Assembly: GCA_973895155.1 (NCBI GenBank)
Contig: OZ316897.1
Location: 8,765,832 to 8,829,831 of the forward strand
Origin: Marsupella aquatica
Lineage: Eukaryota; Plantae; Marchantiophyta
Length of the DNA: 64,000 nt
Direction: 5' to 3'
Shown: piece after piece, positions 63,301 to 64,000 of the stretch
Layout: every line of letters begins with the position of its first letter
How positions within the stretch are numbered: the first letter of the stretch is position 1
Program-made: the position numbers and the translations under genes
Notes under the pieces: model-generated
Told to the model about the DNA's origin: nothing
Seen by the model: the letters and a program-made list of their open reading frames with translations, nothing else
Database searches by the model: none

Positions 63301-64000
63301 ATCTGTACGCGGGTCGGTACGTTGTCTCGATGGGACGAGGACTTGTTCGATAACTAAGCCTGGTCTGGAACGTACCCCAGAACGTAGAACTAGGTTCTAA
63401 CTGATGAGCTGAAACGGAGTTATGCAGTCTGTATGTAGTCTGAGGAAATTATGCCAATACTCTGAAGCTCTGAAGCACATAGCTAGTACTTTAAATGACT
63501 AATGTAGCCAGCCTATCAACATGCAATTGATCCTCCGGACGTGCTAGAGACAAAATCTAAATTGTGATAGTGTGACTGTGCAGAATCATCTCCAACTCTC
63601 CTGGAAATACTTGTGCAGAAGAGAGCCGGATTTTCTTCCTTTAAGGTTGGCCATGTGATCACGTACAGCTGCCTTGAGTTGTAGCAATTCAATTTCAGTT
63701 TGTCATTCTTACTGGGGATATACATACCAGATGAACAAAAGTTGATGTACTTAACACCCGACTTAACAGCTTCGTGCTCCCCTCTGATCCGGCTATGTAC
63801 AGGCGCTAGGCCAGGAGAGAAGCTCGTCGACCATCCTCAGAACGCAAATGCACTTTAACCCAGCAGGTTTGCAGACCAATACTTTTGAAAAAGTTGATTT
63901 ATAAACACTATATCCGGCATCTGCTATACTGTACTTCGCTCTGGACCTTCACATGCTTCGTATACGTGGTCTGGCTGCGCGCTCTGTTTACTGCCAGCTC
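60392..64000 (+). CDS. SYCP2/Red1-type meiotic chromosome-axis protein with N-terminal ARM-like and PH domains; 5' part, continues off the right edge
   Basis: Proposed exons 60392-60556, 60637-61006 (internal intron unresolved), 61858-62026, 62270-62503, 62787-62907, 63139-63199, 63584-63645 and 63803-63866 are phase-compatible at GT-AG borders. Translation includes LFIVEDMSDSVEGKIECGKLFLFRL, CGDFQLQASITEIFYRL, IRKIVTHLNESLGCLRSVYSF and WVNIGRAQLSFYISG. Confidence 0.75.

Overview
Nuclear DNA of a non-flowering land plant. GT-AG introns and a nad9 fragment close to liverwort sequences suggest a bryophyte. Genes: two divergent, inverted paralogs of an FQR1/WrbA-type flavodoxin-like quinone reductase (1-1241 minus, partial; 14384-17709 plus), an intronless Mpo1/DUF962-like membrane protein, CHLH, PCNA with an E2F site, and a multi-exon gene running off the right end. 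Its spliced translation resembles the ARM-like plus PH N-terminal domain of animal SYCP2, which angiosperm ASY3/PAIR3 lack. Mobile DNA: a decayed Tork/Tnt1-like Copia (2575-7409), a young Bianca Copia with 108-bp LTRs, a half-tRNA-Ile primer site and no visible capsid region (29152-34717), several MITE families, a tRNA-derived SINE family, and many tandem arrays. A ~740-bp mosaic of mitochondrial DNA (nad9, nad5, two group II intron pieces) interrupts one MITE. All homologies were judged by eye against sequences recalled from memory; no searches were run.
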